DNA of 64,000 bases from Nostoc sp. DedSLP01 (GTDB taxonomy: Bacteria; Cyanobacteriota; Cyanobacteriia; Cyanobacteriales; Nostocaceae), in NCBI GenBank assembly GCA_034530875.2, contig JAVRCJ020000005.1:96001-160000 (forward strand). The letters are read 5' to 3'. The position numbers and the translations under genes are program-made. Below, piece by piece: positions 9,026 through 19,028 of this stretch; position 1 is the first letter of the stretch, and every line of letters begins with the position of its first letter. Under the pieces are notes generated by a model that was not told the DNA's origin, searched no databases, and saw only the letters and a program-made list of their open reading frames with translations.

Positions 9026-10486
9026 ATGCTAATTAATGCTGAACTCCTACTGCAATATCAACGCTGTAAACGCCGACCTTTTTTAGATATCCACGGTGAT
9101 AGAGGTCAGCGCGATGCTCCTAACGAGCTGCTGGGGAAACTACAACAAGACAAAATCGCTCATCAACTGAGTAATTTGGCACAGCTGACTTATCATCAAC
9201 CAGATTATCCATCTGGAAACTGGAAAGCGGGAGAAAAAGCAACTTTAGAATTAATGCAACAAGGAGTTGAGTACATCTATAAAGGAATGTTGTTAGCAAC
9301 TTATTCTGAAGGATACACCTTACTGAGTCGTCCAGATTTACTTATTAAACAGCCAGGACAATCTCGCTTTGGAGATTGGATGTATATCCCGGCTAGTATT
9401 GAACTCGGTAAGCGTCCTAAACAAGAATATCAAGTTGTGGCTGCGTTTCATGCCCAAGTGTTGGCAACAGTCCAAGAAATTGTACCCGAGAGTGCTTTGC
9501 TGATTTTACGGGCTAAAAATACTAGTTATGTAGTGGATTTGTTGAAATGGACGCCACAGATGCAACAAATTCTGGTGGAATTTATTCAAGTTTTAGAGTT
9601 ACCAAATCCGCCAGAAATGTTTATTTCTCGGCAAAAATGTAATCTTTGCCATTGGTATAGTCAATGTTATGCCATCGCTCAAAGTCAGCAACATCTTTCG
9701 CTGTTACCAGGCGTAACACCCATTCGCTACACTCAACTCCAAACCTTAGACATCGCAACACTGGAATCTCTCGCCAACACTAGTCCTAGCATTCTCGAGA
9801 ACCTAGTTGGTTTCGACAGCGAAGTGGCAGCAAAACTAGTAGTGCAGGCTCAATCTGTACTTGAAAAACGACCTTTAATATTACCGTATCCGCTTTCAAA
9901 GGAAAACATTACATTTACAGCACCTATAGAGCTTTATTTTGATATTGAGGCACAACCAGACTTGGATTTAGATTATCTTTTGGGAGTTTTGGTGGTAGAT
10001 AGGCTTACCAACACAGAAAAGTTTTATTCTTTTTTAGCAGAAAAACCAGAAGACGAAGAATTAGTTTGGCAGCAATTTTTAAACTTAGTTTGCCAATATC
10101 CCCAAGCGCCAATTTATCATTTTTGCGCGTATGAATTTGATACAGTCAAACGACTAGCAAAGCTTTACAATACTCCGCACTCCTCCGTGCGTCCCATACT
10201 GAATAGATTTGTCGATATCTACGAACTATTAACCCAAAGTGTAGCATTGCCTGTGGAAAGCTATGCCCTCAAAGCGATCGCTCGTTGGTTAGGATTTGAG
10301 TGGCGTAATAAAGAAGCTAGCGGTGCTAAGTGCATTTACTGGTATGAAGAATGGTTGAAGACAGGCGATCGGACATTGCTAGCAAGTATCCAAAGTTACA
10401 ATGAAGATGATTGCCGTGCGACCTGCATAGTTAAAGACTGGCTGGTTCAGTTTTTCCAAGATGAATACAGTTGGCAGCTTGCTTAA
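9026..10486 (+). CDS. TM0106 family RecB-like putative nuclease with HhH and C-terminal RNase H-like (DEDD) domain
   Basis: QRCKRR, SRPDLL, CxxC-x5-C, LPGV HhH, YFDIE, YHF..YE, SYALKAIA and YNEDDC motifs. Confidence 0.92.
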   Translation: MLINAELLLQYQRCKRRPFLDIHGDRGQRDAPNELLGKLQQDKIAHQLSNLAQLTYHQPDYPSGNWKAGEKATLELMQQGVEYIYKGMLLATYSEGYTLLSRPDLLIKQPGQSRFGDWMYIPASIELGKRPKQEYQVVAAFHAQVLATVQEIVPESALLILRAKNTSYVVDLLKWTPQMQQILVEFIQVLELPNPPEMFISRQKCNLCHWYSQCYAIAQSQQHLSLLPGVTPIRYTQLQTLDIATLESLANTSPSILENLVGFDSEVAAKLVVQAQSVLEKRPLILPYPLSKENITFTAPIELYFDIEAQPDLDLDYLLGVLVVDRLTNTEKFYSFLAEKPEDEELVWQQFLNLVCQYPQAPIYHFCAYEFDTVKRLAKLYNTPHSSVRPILNRFVDIYELLTQSVALPVESYALKAIARWLGFEWRNKEASGAKCIYWYEEWLKTGDRTLLASIQSYNEDDCRATCIVKDWLVQFFQDEYSWQLA

Positions 10487-10744
10487 TGAATTCTAAGTAG
10501 GTACTGAGCAGTGAGAGAAGAATTCCTAATACTAATTCGCAGATATTATTTAGGTAATTTATAAATTTCTACTCTTCACCCCTAATCGTGACTTCCTAAA
10601 AGCCAAAATTACAAAGTACTAAATACTGGTAAATTATGCCAAAATTTGTCTGTGGTTAATAGCCACAAATTTAATTTTGCAGCTGATTACCCAGCCACTC
10701 ACCCCTAATTGCCAGTACCTTTTTGAATTAAACAATAGCTTTCT

Positions 10745-11935
10745 ATGCAGTTAATTAAAAAAATCTTCCGATTTCCCAGGCTGATTTACTTTTTCATTCC
10801 AATTTTAATTACTAGCCTATTCTTGACAAATTTACCATCCAATGCTTTTGAAATAAGTAGCATCAAATTTATTGGAGAAGTTACTTTACCTAAAAATTTA
10901 ACCTTCCAAAAAACTGAAGTTGGAGGTTTATCAGGAATTACATATAATGCAAAAAATAACCTTTATTATGCTATTTCCGATGACCGCGGGCAAAAAGGTA
11001 ATGCTCGTTTCTACACTTTGAAAATCGATTTAAGCAAGGGTTTATTAAAAAAAGGTGGAGTTGCTGTTGTTAATGCTACTACCTTATTAAAGCAAAATGG
11101 TGAAAAGTTTACTCGTGGTGAAACTGATACAGAAGGCATTGCTTTCATGAATAAAGACACTGTATTTATTTCATCTGAAGGCGATGTCGGTAAATTAATT
11201 AATCCTTTTATTAAAGAATTTTCATTATCTTCTGGTAAAGAAATTGCAGCACTTCCTATACCCAACAAATTTTTGCCAGATAAAAATGGTCAAAAAGGTA
11301 TCCGCAACAATTTAGCTTTTGAAAGCCTGACCGTTACACCCGATGAAAAATATCTATTTACAGCTACAGAAAATGCTTTAATTCAAGATGGTTCAGCAGC
11401 TCAACCGAAAATTGGTACTCCTTGTCGGATTTTGCAATATAACTTCCTCAGCAACCAACCAGAACGAGAATTTCTTTACCAAACTGAACCAGTAGCACCG
11501 TTTTTGAATATTACGGGTAAATTTGCAAGTGGATTACCTGATTTACTCGCTCTCGATAATCAAGGAAATTTCTTAAGTTTAGAACGGTCTTTTACTGGTA
11601 TAGGATTTGCTGTTTCTCTATTTCAGGTTTCATTAAATGGAGCCGATGATATTCATAATATTGATAGTCTTTTAGTAGTTGACTCTAAAGCTATTAAACC
11701 AGTACAGAAAAAACTATTGTTAGATTTGAGAACTCTAGATGTAGCTCTAGACAATATCGAAGGCTTAACTCTCGGTTCTAAGTTACCAGATGGACAGCGT
11801 TCGTTAATTCTCGTTAGCGACAACAATTTTAACTCTCTACAACGTACCAAAATCTTAGCTTTTAAAATCAAGATAGAAACACCATTAATGAGATTGTTAC
11901 GTCGTTTACTGCCAAATCTAAATCGCGAACGGTAA
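10745..11935 (+). CDS. Esterase-like activity of phytase family secreted protein
   Basis: Signal peptide; GGLSG, ISDD, DTEGI, SSEG, NLAFESL, DNIEG and VSDNNF motifs. Confidence 0.9.
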   Translation: MQLIKKIFRFPRLIYFFIPILITSLFLTNLPSNAFEISSIKFIGEVTLPKNLTFQKTEVGGLSGITYNAKNNLYYAISDDRGQKGNARFYTLKIDLSKGLLKKGGVAVVNATTLLKQNGEKFTRGETDTEGIAFMNKDTVFISSEGDVGKLINPFIKEFSLSSGKEIAALPIPNKFLPDKNGQKGIRNNLAFESLTVTPDEKYLFTATENALIQDGSAAQPKIGTPCRILQYNFLSNQPEREFLYQTEPVAPFLNITGKFASGLPDLLALDNQGNFLSLERSFTGIGFAVSLFQVSLNGADDIHNIDSLLVVDSKAIKPVQKKLLLDLRTLDVALDNIEGLTLGSKLPDGQRSLILVSDNNFNSLQRTKILAFKIKIETPLMRLLRRLLPNLNRER

Positions 11936-11961
11936 AGAGTCTAAGCAATTTTAAAAGTTAC

Positions 11962-11991
11962 ATCCCTGACTTGTTAAATTAAGCCAGGGAT
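11962..11991 (+). terminator. Hairpin downstream of the phytase-like gene
   Basis: ATCCCTGACTT / AAGCCAGGGAT inverted repeat; weak U-tract. Confidence 0.45.
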
Positions 11992-12316
11992 CTATACATG
12001 GTAAATTTTTAGAAATCAAATACAATAGCTATATTTACTTTTTTCTAGTTATTACTGTGTATTTACTGAATCCACCAGATAAATTTATCTAGTCTATTTA
12101 GACTTTCAGTGTAATTTCTCAACCGTATTCCTTAATAAATATGTTACATAATGTGTAAGAGCTTTTGCATAGAGGCGAACCACATTCAATGTAATAAATT
12201 TTGCTGGTAGCAGTTGTTAAAATTATACCATTTAATTAATTTAACAAGCTTAAAGTTTTTCAAAATAATAATTGACTCAATTTATTCAAGTGTTTTGCCA
12301 ACAATATTTTTCATAA

Positions 12317-13927
12317 TTGATTTTTATGACAGAAAAAAAAATTGAGAATATGGTAGGGCAAAAAGTAGAATTAGACAATTACATTGGACAATTATTAAAT
12401 AATCGCTATTTAATTAGAGATTTAATTGGTAAAGGCGGGATGGGTAGAGTTTACCTAGCAGAAGATACTGCTAAAGGTGGAATGGCGATCGCTATTAAAA
12501 TTCTATCACTCAGTCTAGCCAACCAACACATGTCTCAACGCTTTGCCAGAGAGATTTTTATTGGCGCGCAATTAGGCCGTAAAAGTAAACATATTGTGCG
12601 GATTTTAAGTTACGGCGTAACTGAGGATAAAGTTCCCTTTTATGTAATGGAATATCTGCAAGGCAAAAACCTCAAACAGATTCTCAAAATTCAGCCTTTA
12701 ACAATATCCAGATTTTTAGAGATTTCTCAGCAAATTTGTTTGGGTTTGCAATGTGCCCACGAAGGTATTAACCTCAAAGGAGAAATTTATCCTATTGTTC
12801 ATAGAGATATTAAACCAGAAAATATATTTCTTAGCGAACATCCTAAGCAAGGAGAAATTGTTAAAATACTCGATTTTGGCATTGCCAAGTTTTTAACAGA
12901 GCGCAGTGGGATGACCCTGACAGATTCTTTTATCGGCAGTTTGCCTTATTGTTCTCCAGAACACATGGAAGGGCGAAAATTGTTGGATGTACGCTCTGAT
13001 ATTTACAGCTTGGGAGTATTAATGTTTGAAATGCTGACAGGTAAACATCCATTTCAGACAAAAAGTAACTCCTTTGGTAGTTGGTATCAAGCGCATCGTT
13101 TCCAAATACCACCTACAGTTGAAGAAGTAAATCCGCAAGTTAAAATACCTCAAGCATTACAAAAAATATTAATGAGTTGTTTGGCAAAAGAAGTCAGCGA
13201 TCGCCCTCAAAATATCAATGAAATATTAGACGAATTAGCAAAAATAAATAACCAAATTGAGGATTCTATTTCTGAAGTCTTGCCAACTATGCAATTAGTT
13301 CCGGTAACCTTATTATCAGAAAAAGAGTGTTTGCAGAAAATTTGGCCTAAAAATAAGCCAGTTGCACCAATTGGATTTCCTCATTTATTACATACTCCTC
13401 AAAAATCTATCCCAACTTTTTGGGCAATGTTACCCAAACAGGAAATTCTAAAATTTTTGGATAAACTGCGCGGTACAGAATTTATCGCTAAAATGGATAT
13501 ATACCCAATGTTATTGTGGGTAACAGTACTATACGATGCCGAACCTTCTCTAACAAAATGGCTACCTTATTTTTTGGATTTGAAAGATTCAAAAGGTCAG
13601 AATATAGCGCGTAGCTTAGCAGAAGTAGGTTACTATCATCTACTATTTTTCCCCCTAGAAGATGCCAATCGTTGCTCCCATGTTACGACTTTAAGCATCA
13701 CAGCTAGCCAGCGCCAGCAACTGACAGATTGGTTAAATACGAATCAAAAATTAAATGAATCAATTTTACCTCAAGAAGCCAAAAATCTTTTAAAAATAGA
13801 ATACGAAAAGCTTAAATTAGAGATTTTACGCAAATTAGTTACAGAGCAAAAATCTGAAAAAGAAACTTTAAAAAATAGGCTTGCTAAATTTTGGGAGATG
13901 GTTTTTAAATTTATATCAATTCGTTAA
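12317..13927 (+). CDS. Ser/Thr protein kinase, SpkA-type (paralogue 1; start probably the nearby ATG)
   Basis: GKGGMGRV, AIK, HRDIKPEN, DFG and SDIYSLG motifs; C-terminal WPxNKP...PMLLWVTVLY...WLPxxLDLK domain typical of Synechocystis SpkA. Confidence 0.92.
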   Translation: MIFMTEKKIENMVGQKVELDNYIGQLLNNRYLIRDLIGKGGMGRVYLAEDTAKGGMAIAIKILSLSLANQHMSQRFAREIFIGAQLGRKSKHIVRILSYGVTEDKVPFYVMEYLQGKNLKQILKIQPLTISRFLEISQQICLGLQCAHEGINLKGEIYPIVHRDIKPENIFLSEHPKQGEIVKILDFGIAKFLTERSGMTLTDSFIGSLPYCSPEHMEGRKLLDVRSDIYSLGVLMFEMLTGKHPFQTKSNSFGSWYQAHRFQIPPTVEEVNPQVKIPQALQKILMSCLAKEVSDRPQNINEILDELAKINNQIEDSISEVLPTMQLVPVTLLSEKECLQKIWPKNKPVAPIGFPHLLHTPQKSIPTFWAMLPKQEILKFLDKLRGTEFIAKMDIYPMLLWVTVLYDAEPSLTKWLPYFLDLKDSKGQNIARSLAEVGYYHLLFFPLEDANRCSHVTTLSITASQRQQLTDWLNTNQKLNESILPQEAKNLLKIEYEKLKLEILRKLVTEQKSEKETLKNRLAKFWEMVFKFISIR

Positions 13928-14027
13928 AATTTTACTATTAAAATTAAAAAATTATTAATATTGAATAATATAATTTATATATTACCATCACTAACTGTAA
14001 ATAAATTAAGGAGCAGAGGTTACCAAA

Positions 14028-15554
14028 GTGAATCAAAGCCCATTTGCATCTCCCAGTAATAAGGGCTTGCTTGCCAATCGTTATCAGCTCAAGCAATTAA
14101 TTGGCAGCGGTGGCATGGGGGAAGTTTTTTTAGCAAATGATATTTTGTTAGGGGGAACACCAGTTGCTATAAAGTTTTTGACTCAGACTGTTGCCGACAG
14201 CAAAATGCAACAAGACTTCGCTCGTGAAGCTTTAATGAGTGCAGCTTTGAGCCAAAAAAGCGTACATATAGTGCGCGCGTATGATTATGGCGTTAGTGAA
14301 AAAGGAAAACCATACTACGTTATGGAATACCTATTTGGCAAGAGTTTAAAGGATTTAATTCCGCTATCCCTACCGATGTTTTTGACTTTATCCAGACAAA
14401 TTTGTTTGGGTTTACAGTGCGCTCATGAAGGCATTAATATTGATGGCAAAATTTGTCCGTTAGTTCATAGAGATATAAAACCTGCAAATATATTAGTTAT
14501 CCCCGATCCTATATTAGGTTATTTAGTTAAAATTTTAGACTTTGGTATTGCTCGATTTTTAAATTATGCATCAACAGCCTCTACAAGTAGAGGGTTTAAT
14601 GGGACTTTGCCTTATTGTTCTCCAGAACAACTAGATGGGGAAAAATTAGACGGTCGTTCTGATATTTATAGCCTGGGCGTGATGATGTTTGAGATGCTCA
14701 CAGGCAAAAAACCTTGGCAGCCAGAAACTGACTACTTTGGTGCTTGGTATAAAGCACATCACTTTGAAGCACCAAAAGCGATCGCAGATGTCAAACCCAA
14801 TCTGAAATTGCCTCAAAAACTTAATAATTTAATTATGGCTTGTCTTGCGAAAAAACCAAGCGATCGCCCACAAAATATTGCTCAAATTTTACAAGTTTTA
14901 AATAGTTTAGAACAATCTAATTGTCCTAGTTTACCTACAACTTTAGCCTCTAGAACTATCCTCACTCGCCCTTTAGATTCTGGCTTAACAATTACATTAG
15001 AACAAACCTGTCGGCAACTTTCTTGGCCTGAGAATAAACCAATTCAAGAAATTGTTTTTCCCCACATTATAGACACCTTACAAAAACCCATAACTGCACT
15101 ATGGTTAATGTTGCCTCAACCAGAAATTAAAAAGTATGCTCTTTCTACCCGTTACAATCAATTTATTTTCATCACATCTCCCCACCCAATGCTCCTGTGG
15201 GTAACTTTACTCTACCATCGAGAACTCGCCCCTAAGTGGCTGCCCTGCTACCTAGATATGCAAAATCTCCAAAATCGCAAAATGGTGAGCTTTCTGGCTG
15301 AAAATGAGCGCTATCCGTTGATTTTCTTTACTTTGGAAGCCCCACATTCCTGTGCTAATGTTCTCAGCAGCCGCATTGACCAAAATCAGCGACAAATGTT
15401 AAAAACTTGGGTCGAACAAAGTCAGAACCTACCGCCCAGTTCTCAAGCCCACTTGAGTAAACAGCTTCTAAAACAACAGTATAAACAAATGCAATCCAAG
15501 ATATTGCAGCATTTAGAATCAAAGCCCCAGGTTGTATTATCCGGATCTGCGTAA
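14028..15554 (+). CDS. Ser/Thr protein kinase, SpkA-type (paralogue 2)
   Basis: LLANRYQL, GSGGMGEV, HRDIKPAN, DFG and YCSPEQ motifs; C-terminal RYNQF..PHPMLLWVTLLYHRE..PKWLPCYLD closely resembles SpkA. Confidence 0.93.
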   Translation: MNQSPFASPSNKGLLANRYQLKQLIGSGGMGEVFLANDILLGGTPVAIKFLTQTVADSKMQQDFAREALMSAALSQKSVHIVRAYDYGVSEKGKPYYVMEYLFGKSLKDLIPLSLPMFLTLSRQICLGLQCAHEGINIDGKICPLVHRDIKPANILVIPDPILGYLVKILDFGIARFLNYASTASTSRGFNGTLPYCSPEQLDGEKLDGRSDIYSLGVMMFEMLTGKKPWQPETDYFGAWYKAHHFEAPKAIADVKPNLKLPQKLNNLIMACLAKKPSDRPQNIAQILQVLNSLEQSNCPSLPTTLASRTILTRPLDSGLTITLEQTCRQLSWPENKPIQEIVFPHIIDTLQKPITALWLMLPQPEIKKYALSTRYNQFIFITSPHPMLLWVTLLYHRELAPKWLPCYLDMQNLQNRKMVSFLAENERYPLIFFTLEAPHSCANVLSSRIDQNQRQMLKTWVEQSQNLPPSSQAHLSKQLLKQQYKQMQSKILQHLESKPQVVLSGSA

Positions 15555-15648
15555 ACCACTCATCTGCAACTTTGGATGGAGTTGTTAGTAAGGGAAGATG
15601 AGGGAAATACAGGGCAAAAATAATTTCTGATTTCTCACTCAAAAACAC

Positions 15649-15677
15649 TTGACAATTAGAAAAAAAATAGCGACAAT
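15649..15677 (+). promoter_or_regulatory. Sigma70-type promoter for tRNA-Asp
   Basis: TTGACA (15649-54), 17-bp spacer, GACAAT (15672-77), 17 nt upstream of the tRNA. Confidence 0.6.
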
Positions 15678-15694
15678 AGCAAAGTTGCCATCAA

Positions 15695-15768
15695 GGGACT
15701 GTAGTTCAATTGGTTAGAGCACCGCCCTGTCACGGCGGAAGTTGCGGGTTCGAGCCCCGTCAGTCCCG
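15695..15768 (+). tRNA. trnD: tRNA-Asp(GTC), CCA not encoded
   Basis: GGGACTG/CAGTCCC acceptor stem, D-arm TAGTTCAATTGGTTAGAGC, anticodon arm CCGCC-CTGTCAC-GGCGG, T-loop GGTTCGAGCC. Confidence 0.98.
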
Positions 15769-15938
15769 TTCTAAAATAAATAGCAAGCCTTAATTCCTGA
15801 GTAGTAGAGGAATGTGACCTAATTATCTTATATTGCTAGGCTCAACATGAAGCGATGAATCCTATCTCTGTAGGCTCAAACCTGAAAGTTGAAATATAAG
15901 GTACATTTATTGATGCTTTGCAAAAGAGAGAATAAACT

Positions 15939-17384
15939 GTGACTGTTAGAGTCCGTATTGCGCCCAGTCCGACTGGAAATTTACATATTGGTACAGCGAG
16001 AACGGCTGTATTTAATTGGTTATTTGCCCGCCACCACGGTGGGACGTTCATTTTGAGAATAGAAGACACAGACTTAGAGCGATCGCGTCCTGAATATACT
16101 GAAAATATCCTTCAAGGGCTGCGCTGGTTAGGGTTGAACTGGGATGAAGGGCCGTTTTTTCAATCGCAACGCCTGGATCTTTATAAACAAGCAGTACAAC
16201 AACTACTAGATCTAGGATTAGCTTATCGCTGTTACACCACTGCTGAAGAACTAGAGGCTTTACGAGAAGCCCAAAAAGCTAGAGGCGAAGCTCCTCGCTA
16301 TGACAACCGTCACCGCAACCTCACCCCAGAACAACGCGCTGCTTTTGAAGCAGAAGGTCGTTCTTCTGTAATTCGCTTCAAAATTGAAGACGATCGCGAA
16401 ATTGTCTGGAACGATTTAGTCAGAGGAAAAATGTCCTGGCGAGGTAGCGATTTAGGCGGTGATATGGTTATCGCCCGCGCCTCAGAAGAGGGTAGCGGTC
16501 AACCTTTATACAACTTTGTAGTTGTAGTTGATGACATCGATATGCAAATTACCCATGTCATTCGCGGAGAAGACCACATCGCCAACACAGCCAAGCAAAT
16601 TTTGCTGTATGAAGCTTTGGGAGCAAAAATTCCAGAGTTTGCCCACTCACCGCTGATTTTGAACAAGGAAGGGCGTAAACTTTCCAAGCGGGATGGCGTC
16701 ACTTCTATCTCTGACTTTAAGCAAATGGGCTTTACTGCCGAAGGCTTGGTAAATTACATGACATTACTTGGTTGGTCGCCCCCAGATTCAACCCAAGAAA
16801 TATTTACCTTAGAAACAGCAGCCAAAGAATTCAGCTTTGAGCGAGTTAATAAAGCAGGTGCAAAATTTGACTGGGACAAGCTCGATTGGTTGAACAGTCA
16901 GTATATCCACAATACGCCTGTAGATAAACTCACTGATTTACTCATACCTTATTGGCAAGAAGCTGGGTATAAATTTGACGGGGGACGCAGCCGCCCGTGG
17001 TTAGAGCAGTTAGTAACTTTAATTAGCCAAAGCTTGGCTCGACTGGTAGACGCTGTAGCTATGAGTCAAGTGTTTTTCACCGACACAGTTGAATTTAGCG
17101 ACGAAGCAAATACACAACTCAAGCAAGAAGGTTCTGCTGCTGTCCTTGAGGGGATTGTCACTGCTTTGGAAAATCAGCCGCAACTCTCGGAAGAATCTGC
17201 CCAAGAGATTATTAAACAAGTAGTTAAAGAACAAAAAGTCAAAAAAGGCTTAGTAATGCGATCGCTCAGAGCAGCTTTAACTGGAGACGTTCACGGCCCC
17301 GACCTCATCCAATCTTGGTTATTACTAAATCAAATTGGTTTAGATCGGCTGCGCTTGAGTAGAGCAATTACCCAAGTTAATTAG
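15939..17384 (+). CDS. gltX: Glutamate--tRNA ligase
   Basis: [11 protein letters not shown] (HIGH), [15 protein letters not shown] and KLSKR (KMSKS) motifs. Confidence 0.98.
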   Translation: MTVRVRIAPSPTGNLHIGTARTAVFNWLFARHHGGTFILRIEDTDLERSRPEYTENILQGLRWLGLNWDEGPFFQSQRLDLYKQAVQQLLDLGLAYRCYTTAEELEALREAQKARGEAPRYDNRHRNLTPEQRAAFEAEGRSSVIRFKIEDDREIVWNDLVRGKMSWRGSDLGGDMVIARASEEGSGQPLYNFVVVVDDIDMQITHVIRGEDHIANTAKQILLYEALGAKIPEFAHSPLILNKEGRKLSKRDGVTSISDFKQMGFTAEGLVNYMTLLGWSPPDSTQEIFTLETAAKEFSFERVNKAGAKFDWDKLDWLNSQYIHNTPVDKLTDLLIPYWQEAGYKFDGGRSRPWLEQLVTLISQSLARLVDAVAMSQVFFTDTVEFSDEANTQLKQEGSAAVLEGIVTALENQPQLSEESAQEIIKQVVKEQKVKKGLVMRSLRAALTGDVHGPDLIQSWLLLNQIGLDRLRLSRAITQVN

Positions 17385-17445
17385 CGATGACTCCCAGTTT
17401 TTAGAAATATTTTAGTTAGATTTTAAGGGCGTATATTTATGCGCC
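17381..17445 (+). repeat. Left copy of imperfect direct repeat bounding the gltX 3' island (overlaps a hairpin at about 17417-17456)
   Basis: Matches 21540-21593 at 49/54 aligned positions plus one 4-nt indel; begins at the gltX stop codon. Confidence 0.85.
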
Positions 17446-17475
17446 TCTAAAATCTATCTATTGAGCATAGAACCC

Positions 17476-17701
17476 ACATTTCGCAGGTGTGATCGTAAAT
17501 GCTGTATTTTTGAAAGTAACTTCAATGCTGCATTTTAGAAGCATGAGAGTATAACCATTAGATACCAACCATATCCGGCAGGTAAATGAATAGGCTGATG
17601 GTATTTTTAAATCATGATATCTGAGCAACGTTGGATTCTCCAGTTTCTCAGTGAGCCTTGCCGAAAATATTATTTGCTTACCAAAGAGACCTGCAAAATG
17701 T
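17476..17701. mobile_element. Possible MITE / IS remnant (~226 bp)
   Basis: Terminal inverted repeats ACATTTCGCAGGT (17476-88) / ACCTGCAAAATGT (17689-701), 12/13 match; no clear TSD. Confidence 0.45.
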
Positions 17702-17913
17702 ATATTGCATAATTAAAAATTGTAACACGTAAGTAGTGATTAGTAGTTGCTAATATTACTATTGTCTGGTTAGCTCAATTTTTATACGGCTTTAGTCCGA
17801 TACTGCATTGTTTAACATAATTAAATAATACTTACGCATTCACAAAAAACGTAAAGTAACTAATTCTAATTTTTGAACATAAAATTAAATTGCCACTGAA
17901 CTATACAACAAAT

Positions 17914-18474
17914 ATGAATACAGAAGATTTACTGGTTAACAGTTTTCGGCAGGTATTTGAAAACATGAATAAGGAAGGGATAAAGGATAGCATCGATAAA
18001 AACGGGATTGATAGGTTTATTTCTGATTGTGCATTGTTAGCTGCTACAACAGGTGCAGCTAGTGGTTTTGGGGGATTTTCTACAATGATTGTTGGAGTTC
18101 CTGTAGATGTTATAAATAACGTTATTCAACAGTTTAGAGTCACATTAGGAGTTATTTATCACAAAAAAGGGGTATATAAAGTTTCTTTTTCTCAATTTAT
18201 GAAAATAGTAGGAGTTTCATTAGGTGTAGAGATTGGTGCGTCTCTAACAAAATCAGTAATGATCGCTATTGCTAATAAAATACTTGTTAGATTATCTGCA
18301 TCAAGTGCAGGCAAAGCTGTACCTTTTTTAGGTGCAGTTATTGGCGGCAGTGTAAATTACGGTTTTATTAGAGCTATAGGATCTGCTGTTAAACGAATAG
18401 ATATGAGCAACATTGTCTTTGAAGAAGATGTACAACAAGATGATTCAACTAATGAAACCTCTTTATCTACTTAA
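17914..18474 (+). CDS. EcsC-like protein
   Basis: AATTGAASGFGG..VPVD and GKAVPFLGAVIGGSVN Gly-zipper motifs typical of EcsC-family proteins; ATG at 17914 preferred to TTG at 17890. Confidence 0.7.
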   Translation: MNTEDLLVNSFRQVFENMNKEGIKDSIDKNGIDRFISDCALLAATTGAASGFGGFSTMIVGVPVDVINNVIQQFRVTLGVIYHKKGVYKVSFSQFMKIVGVSLGVEIGASLTKSVMIAIANKILVRLSASSAGKAVPFLGAVIGGSVNYGFIRAIGSAVKRIDMSNIVFEEDVQQDDSTNETSLST

Positions 18475-18728
18475 AAGATACTGTGCATTTTTTTAGCGTG
18501 TGTTAATCAGATTTATATGAAGGCTTCCTACCAAGATCTGTGCCAAAAAAACTGTTATCAAAAATTGTAACCTACATTGCCCAGATTGAAACGGAGAGTT
18601 CGGTATTTTTTAATAACGTTGAATTAGCAATTAATATTTAAATTTTTGGCTTCACTAAGCTACATAAATATGGTGTTTTCTCATGCATCATTCTTGGATT
18701 GCTATAGATGTTTTCTTGATCTCGGATT

Positions 18729-18983
18729 CTAAACATCAAACCCATATTTTTCTTTTAATAAAGCCTTAAGTTTATCATTAGGTTTTTCTCCATAACAAGA
18801 ACCAACAACCTTTCCATAATCCTCTAAATCAATAGTTTGATTTGATTCGAGTGCTTTTAAAAACTCCTGCTCTAAAGCAGGTCTTATATAAACGAAATAA
18901 TATGCCCATCGACCAGTGCTATCTTTAGCTTTGAGTTTATGAATAAGATGGCCTCGTTCTGCAAAAAACTTATCTTCATGCAT
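18729..18983 (-). CDS. Small hypothetical protein (84 aa), last gene of the island operon
   Basis: ORF with globular-looking sequence KAKDSTGRWAYYFV...IDLEDYGKVVGSCYGE.P. Confidence 0.8.
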   Translation of the reverse strand: MHEDKFFAERGHLIHKLKAKDSTGRWAYYFVYIRPALEQEFLKALESNQTIDLEDYGKVVGSCYGEKPNDKLKALLKEKYGFDV

Positions 18984-19028
18984 ATCGCTATCACTACTAG
19001 ATGAGTTTGGACTAATTTAGTATGAACT

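Noticed and set aside
9026..10486. Cas4 / CRISPR-associated gene
   Set aside because: The domain architecture is the stand-alone TM0106 family; no array or other cas genes nearby.
15695..15768. tRNA-Asp as integration site of the downstream island
   Set aside because: No duplicated tRNA 3' end found; the island repeat derives from the gltX 3' flank.
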